Shown here: in pieces, positions 23,488 through 26,875 of the stretch
How positions within the stretch are numbered: position 1 is the first letter of the stretch
Layout: each line of letters begins with the position of its first letter
IMG/VR virus record: IMGVR_UViG_3300033513_000042
Location: 1 to 26,875 of that record
Length of the DNA: 26,875 nt
Direction: 5' to 3' (one strand)
From: a virus
Taxonomy: Duplodnaviria; Caudoviricetes
Translations under genes and position numbers: made by a program
The notes under the pieces: model-generated
What the model was told of the DNA's origin: nothing
Database searches by the model: none
Seen by the model: only the letters and a program-made list of their open reading frames with translations

Positions 23488-24696
23488 ATGCCGTTTTACG
23501 TTTTTGAGAACCTTGGGGTTATGGACCCCCGCAGCATAACCACCTTCGGGGTAAGCTCCAAGGAGGGAGATTCACCTATCGGCTTCTTCGGCACTGGGCT
23601 GAAGTACGCCATAGCCGTGCTGCTACGCCTGGGGTGTCAGGTGCGTATCGTGTCTGGTGGGGTGTCTTACTTCTTTGGCACTACACTAGAGAAGATCCGC
23701 AATGACGAATTCCGCATTGTCACCATGTCGTACAATGGCGAAATCCACATGCTCGGGTTCACCACTGAGCTTGGTAAGACGTGGGAAGCGTGGCAGGCGT
23801 TCCGTGAATTGGCCTGCAACTGCGTGGACGAGCAGGGGGTGTACTACGAGTCAAATACTGCCCCTGCCACAGCACCAGATAAAACGTATGTGATTGTGAC
23901 AGGAGCAGCATTCGCCAAGGCGTGGGCAGAGCGTAACAGCATCATACTGCCAGAGGAATACATGAATTGCATCGCTCACAACGCCAATGTGAGCGCCTAC
24001 GTCGGTGGCAATGAATACGCATACTATCGGGGTGTGCGGGTGTACAAGCTGCGGAAGCCCGGCGTCTACACTTACAACCTCACAATTAAAATGGAGCTGA
24101 CAGAAGACAGGACGCTGAAGCAGCCATACATGCTTGATTACTACGCGGCTGGCATGGTTGCCGAGGCCACAGACCCGGAATTTCTGCGCATAGTATTGAC
24201 TGCGCACCCCGGCAGTTTCTGGGAGGGTAGCTCTCTAGCATTCAATATGAGCACCCCAGGGCCACAGTTCTGTGCTGTAACGTCCGCACTAGCACGGCAG
24301 TTCCACCCAACTCTCAACGAGACTGCACGCAAGCTGGTGGCCGAGCACGACATTTCCTCGTTCGTAAAAGATGAGGCAGTGGGCCTTGACGATATAGACA
24401 AAGAACGAATCCGCCGTGCCAACGAATTTCTGCTCAAATTTGGGTACGCCGTAACAGACTACCCAATTGTCGTCACCACGCACCTAGGTAATGAAGTGCT
24501 GGGGCGCGCTCACAAGGGGACGATATACGTCAGCCGCCGTGCGCTGATGATGGGTACTAAGATGCTCGCTGGCACCATACTGGAGGAATATCTGCACCTG
24601 CGCCACGGCCTTGTAGACGAAACCCGTGGAATGCAGAACTTTCTTATAGACGCGCTTATCAGTGCAGGTGAGCGCGTGACAAAGACCCCACTGTGA
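23488..24696 (+). CDS. GHKL-type (HATPase-like) ATPase with possible C-terminal zincin-like motif
   Basis: FENLG, SSK...IGFFGTGLKYAI and AFRELACNCVDE motifs; C-terminal LGRA...IYVS...TILEEYLH. Confidence 0.75.
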   Translation: MPFYVFENLGVMDPRSITTFGVSSKEGDSPIGFFGTGLKYAIAVLLRLGCQVRIVSGGVSYFFGTTLEKIRNDEFRIVTMSYNGEIHMLGFTTELGKTWEAWQAFRELACNCVDEQGVYYESNTAPATAPDKTYVIVTGAAFAKAWAERNSIILPEEYMNCIAHNANVSAYVGGNEYAYYRGVRVYKLRKPGVYTYNLTIKMELTEDRTLKQPYMLDYYAAGMVAEATDPEFLRIVLTAHPGSFWEGSSLAFNMSTPGPQFCAVTSALARQFHPTLNETARKLVAEHDISSFVKDEAVGLDDIDKERIRRANEFLLKFGYAVTDYPIVVTTHLGNEVLGRAHKGTIYVSRRALMMGTKMLAGTILEEYLHLRHGLVDETRGMQNFLIDALISAGERVTKTPL

Positions 24697-24706
24697 GCTT
24701 GCAGCC

Positions 24707-25042
24707 ATGCCCCAAGCCACCAACCCCCTGCCCAGCACCCAGCGCCGCCGTGTGCGCGCCGCTAGACGCCTTGGCGTGGCCGTGCTATACGTGGCGTGGT
24801 GGTGCGGCATGGTGGCGGGTGTGCTATACGCCATCTCAGTCAGTAGGATTCTGTACGCGCAGTATGACCTTGCACTAGCGGACCGCTTGGCCGCTACAGT
24901 GGCGCAAGCCAGGGAGCATAAGTTGCAGGAGTTGTGCGGAGGACAGAATGCAGCGCAGCAGACCCTGGCTGACGGGGGCATCCAATGCTACGATAAGCGG
25001 GGCAGAAAAACGACGCGCATTAGAAAGGATAGAAATGACTGA
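24707..25042 (+). CDS. Hypothetical membrane-anchored protein
   Basis: Basic N-terminus, one TM segment, C-terminal LCGGQNA...IQC. Confidence 0.6.
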   Translation: MPQATNPLPSTQRRRVRAARRLGVAVLYVAWWCGMVAGVLYAISVSRILYAQYDLALADRLAATVAQAREHKLQELCGGQNAAQQTLADGGIQCYDKRGRKTTRIRKDRND

Positions 25043-25256
25043 TTTACTTGGCGGTGTCCACATAGTAGGCGTGGTTGCTGTTCTTAAAGAAGACGCAGAT
25101 ATCGTGCGACTGGAGGTGCAGGTGTACCCCCTGCCGATGAGTGCGGTGAGTGGTCTAGCCGATAGGCTCACTAAGGAGGCGATTAAGTTCCTTAGTGAGG
25201 CGGGCATCACCAACGGAGACCCCATAGACATTACGCCGCGTGGGCCAATGAATTAA
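25035..25256 (+). CDS. Hypothetical protein
   Basis: AAGGA RBS before ATG 25035; overlaps the previous stop. Confidence 0.6.
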   Translation: MTDLLGGVHIVGVVAVLKEDADIVRLEVQVYPLPMSAVSGLADRLTKEAIKFLSEAGITNGDPIDITPRGPMN

Positions 25257-25273
25257 GATCTGTGTAACGGGTG

Positions 25274-25301
25274 TTGCGTGCCGTTGGGGATGGGCTATAG
25301 T
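25274..25301 (+). promoter_or_regulatory. Sigma70-like promoter for the DUF6745-like gene pair
   Basis: TTGCGT-16 nt-TATAGT about 100 nt upstream of ATG 25403. Confidence 0.5.
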
Positions 25302-25402
25302 GCATTTACACCGGGTGCCGGTACACGACTGACCACCTCGTAAGACAGCGCACCACCCAGACGACCTAAAACTTTCTCAACCACTCAAAAGGAGTTATCA
25401 CT

Positions 25403-25834
25403 ATGAAGCATCAACAAACTATCCAAATTCGCCAAGGCGATGTCTACCTGATACCTGTTGCCGCACTCCCTGAGGGCTGCAAGCCAATTCAGCCGGAAGC
25501 CGGTCGTCGATTCGTGCTAGCCCACGGCGAAGTAACTGGCCATGCTCACGCCATCTACGAGTTCACCCAGGATCAAGCCGCTGAAGCCGCAGCATCCGCC
25601 ATCAACATCGCCAAAGCCAGCGCAGAGGCCAAAGAAGTCATCGACCGCGCAATGAAGCTGCGCACCGTACAGATGTGGGCAGCACCGGATGGTGAATGGT
25701 ATCTTGAGGTCAAGACGCCTAGCATCATGAAGCACGAAGAGCATACCGCTCCGACTATCCCTAACGGAATCTATCATGCGCCCATCCAGGTAGAAGCTAA
25801 TTCTTCAAATATGCTACGCCGCGTGGCTGATTGA
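25403..25834 (+). CDS. His-rich conserved hypothetical protein, usual partner of DUF6745 genes
   Basis: RQGDV.L, LAHGEVTGHAH, HEEH, G.Y...Q.E and RVAD terminus; AAGGAG RBS. Confidence 0.85.
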   Translation: MKHQQTIQIRQGDVYLIPVAALPEGCKPIQPEAGRRFVLAHGEVTGHAHAIYEFTQDQAAEAAASAINIAKASAEAKEVIDRAMKLRTVQMWAAPDGEWYLEVKTPSIMKHEEHTAPTIPNGIYHAPIQVEANSSNMLRRVAD

Positions 25835-25836
25835 TC

Positions 25837-26875
25837 ATGAAGAAGATTGAGAAACTTACACCAGCGCAAGAACAAGATTTGCGCGATACCTATCAGCGCT
25901 GGCTTGCTGTTGGACGCAGCACGGCACCAATTGACCGACCTAAGGCTGAAGCCGTCATCTCGTCGATGTACCAGGCCATTGGCAAGAAAGCCCCAATCTT
26001 TCTGCATTTCACATCGCCACTGATTGCTATGATCGCAATTTCCGTTATGCGAACGGAAATGGAAAAAACGCAGCTCGGGGACCAGCTCGGGGGCCAGCTC
26101 GGGGACCAGCTCAGGGGCCAGCTCAGGGACCAGCTCGGGGGCCAGCTCGGGGACCAGCTCGGGGGCCAGCTCGGGGGCCAGCTCTGGGACCAGCTCGGGG
26201 ACCAGCTCAGGGGCCAGCTCAGGGGCCAGCTCAGGGACCAGCTCGGGGGCCAGCTCGGGGGCCAGCTCAGGGACCAGCTCGGGGGCCAGCTCGGGGACCA
26301 GCTCTGGGGCCAGCTCGGGGACCAGCTCAGGGGCCAGCTCTGGGGCCAGCTCGGGGACCAGCTCAGGGGCCAGCTCAGGGGCCAGCTCAGGGGCCAGCTC
26401 GGGGGCCAGCTCGGGGACCAGCGCGGGGACCAGCTCAGGGGCCAGCTCAGGGGCCAGCTCCGGGGCCAGCTCGGGGGCCAGCTCGGGGACCAGCTCGGGG
26501 ACCAGCTCAGGGGCCAGCTCAGGGGCCAGCTCGGGGGCCAGCTCGGGGGCCAGCTCGGGGGCCAGCTCAACTGGAACTATTTCGGCGGACAACACTGGTG
26601 CGCTTGGGAGGTTTTTTACGATTTTTGCAGCCGGGTTGGGGTTCAATACACGCCAGATCAACGTGCTAGGCTTGACCTTTGGCTTGAGCAATCAAACCAA
26701 TTGCAGTGGTGGTGGCCCATGAATGGTGTCTGCGTAATTGCGGAACGCCACTCGGTTCTGCACGTAGATGAGCGAGGACGATTGCACTGTGAAGATGGCC
26801 CGGCCTGTGCGTATACGGACGGCTACAAGCTCTTTGCAATCCATGGCATCTTTGTCAAAGAACAGATCGTAATGA
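25837..26875 (+). CDS. DUF6745-like protein with tetrapeptide repeat insert; runs off the window and is absent from the ORF track
   Basis: MKKIEKLTPAQEQ...RW...STAPIDR..AE...Y...P...FTSP, then (QL[G/R/W][G/D])n, then GGQHWCAW..FYDF...WWWP..GVCVIAER...DERGRLHCEDGPA..YTDG..LFAIHG. Confidence 0.85.
   Translation, partial: MKKIEKLTPAQEQDLRDTYQRWLAVGRSTAPIDRPKAEAVISSMYQAIGKKAPIFLHFTSPLIAMIAISVMRTEMEKTQLGDQLGGQLGDQLRGQLRDQLGGQLGDQLGGQLGGQLWDQLGDQLRGQLRGQLRDQLGGQLGGQLRDQLGGQLGDQLWGQLGDQLRGQLWGQLGDQLRGQLRGQLRGQLGGQLGDQRGDQLRGQLRGQLRGQLGGQLGDQLGDQLRGQLRGQLGGQLGGQLGGQLNWNYFGGQHWCAWEVFYDFCSRVGVQYTPDQRARLDLWLEQSNQLQWWWPMNGVCVIAERHSVLHVDERGRLHCEDGPACAYTDGYKLFAIHGIFVKEQIVM
26071..26568 (+). repeat. About 41.5 tandem copies of the 12-bp unit CAGCTCNGGGRC
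   Basis: In-frame minisatellite; variation almost confined to unit positions 7 and 11, plus one CAGCGC unit. Confidence 0.95.

Noticed and set aside
26071-26568. CRISPR array or DGR variable region
   Set aside because: No spacers; no reverse transcriptase or template/variable repeat pair in the window; the A in CAG is invariant, unlike DGR adenine mutagenesis
25774-26691. PELA/PELV and SWPP repeat ORFs on the minus strand
   Set aside because: Alternative readings of the stop-free 12-bp repeat; the plus-strand frame has conserved flanking domains and operon context

Overview
A 26.9-kb piece of a tailed dsDNA phage genome, probably podovirus-like, with no integrase, repressor or host genes in view. 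The left arm (1-10.4 kb, minus strand) is the packaging and head operon: TerS-like gene, TerL with an Ala1/class-3-type LAGLIDADG intein in its Walker A motif, a free-standing GIY-YIG endonuclease, a HAD phosphatase, portal, scaffold, major capsid protein and two small downstream genes. The 10.4-12.7 kb region is a divergent control region and possible genome terminus or origin. It holds degenerate 7-bp-period arrays, repeated GTAAGCGCTAAC boxes, TGTAATGG iteron-like repeats and an orphan copy of the primase-helicase C-terminal domain. Its most striking element is a ~600-bp promoter-to-terminator transcription unit almost free of GA and TC dinucleotides. The right arm carries mostly plus-strand early and accessory genes (AAA+ ATPase, SPFH protein, GHKL ATPase, a DUF6745-like gene with about 41 12-bp repeats, a CAT-anticodon tRNA). 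It also has a minus-strand primase-helicase whose leader is overlapped by a candidate antisense RNA, a stand-alone Met-Lys-stop minigene unit, and a promoter family with a TAGGGTAAACCCCTA box 22-23 bp upstream of the -10 hexamer. All calls come from motif recognition by eye; no searches were run.
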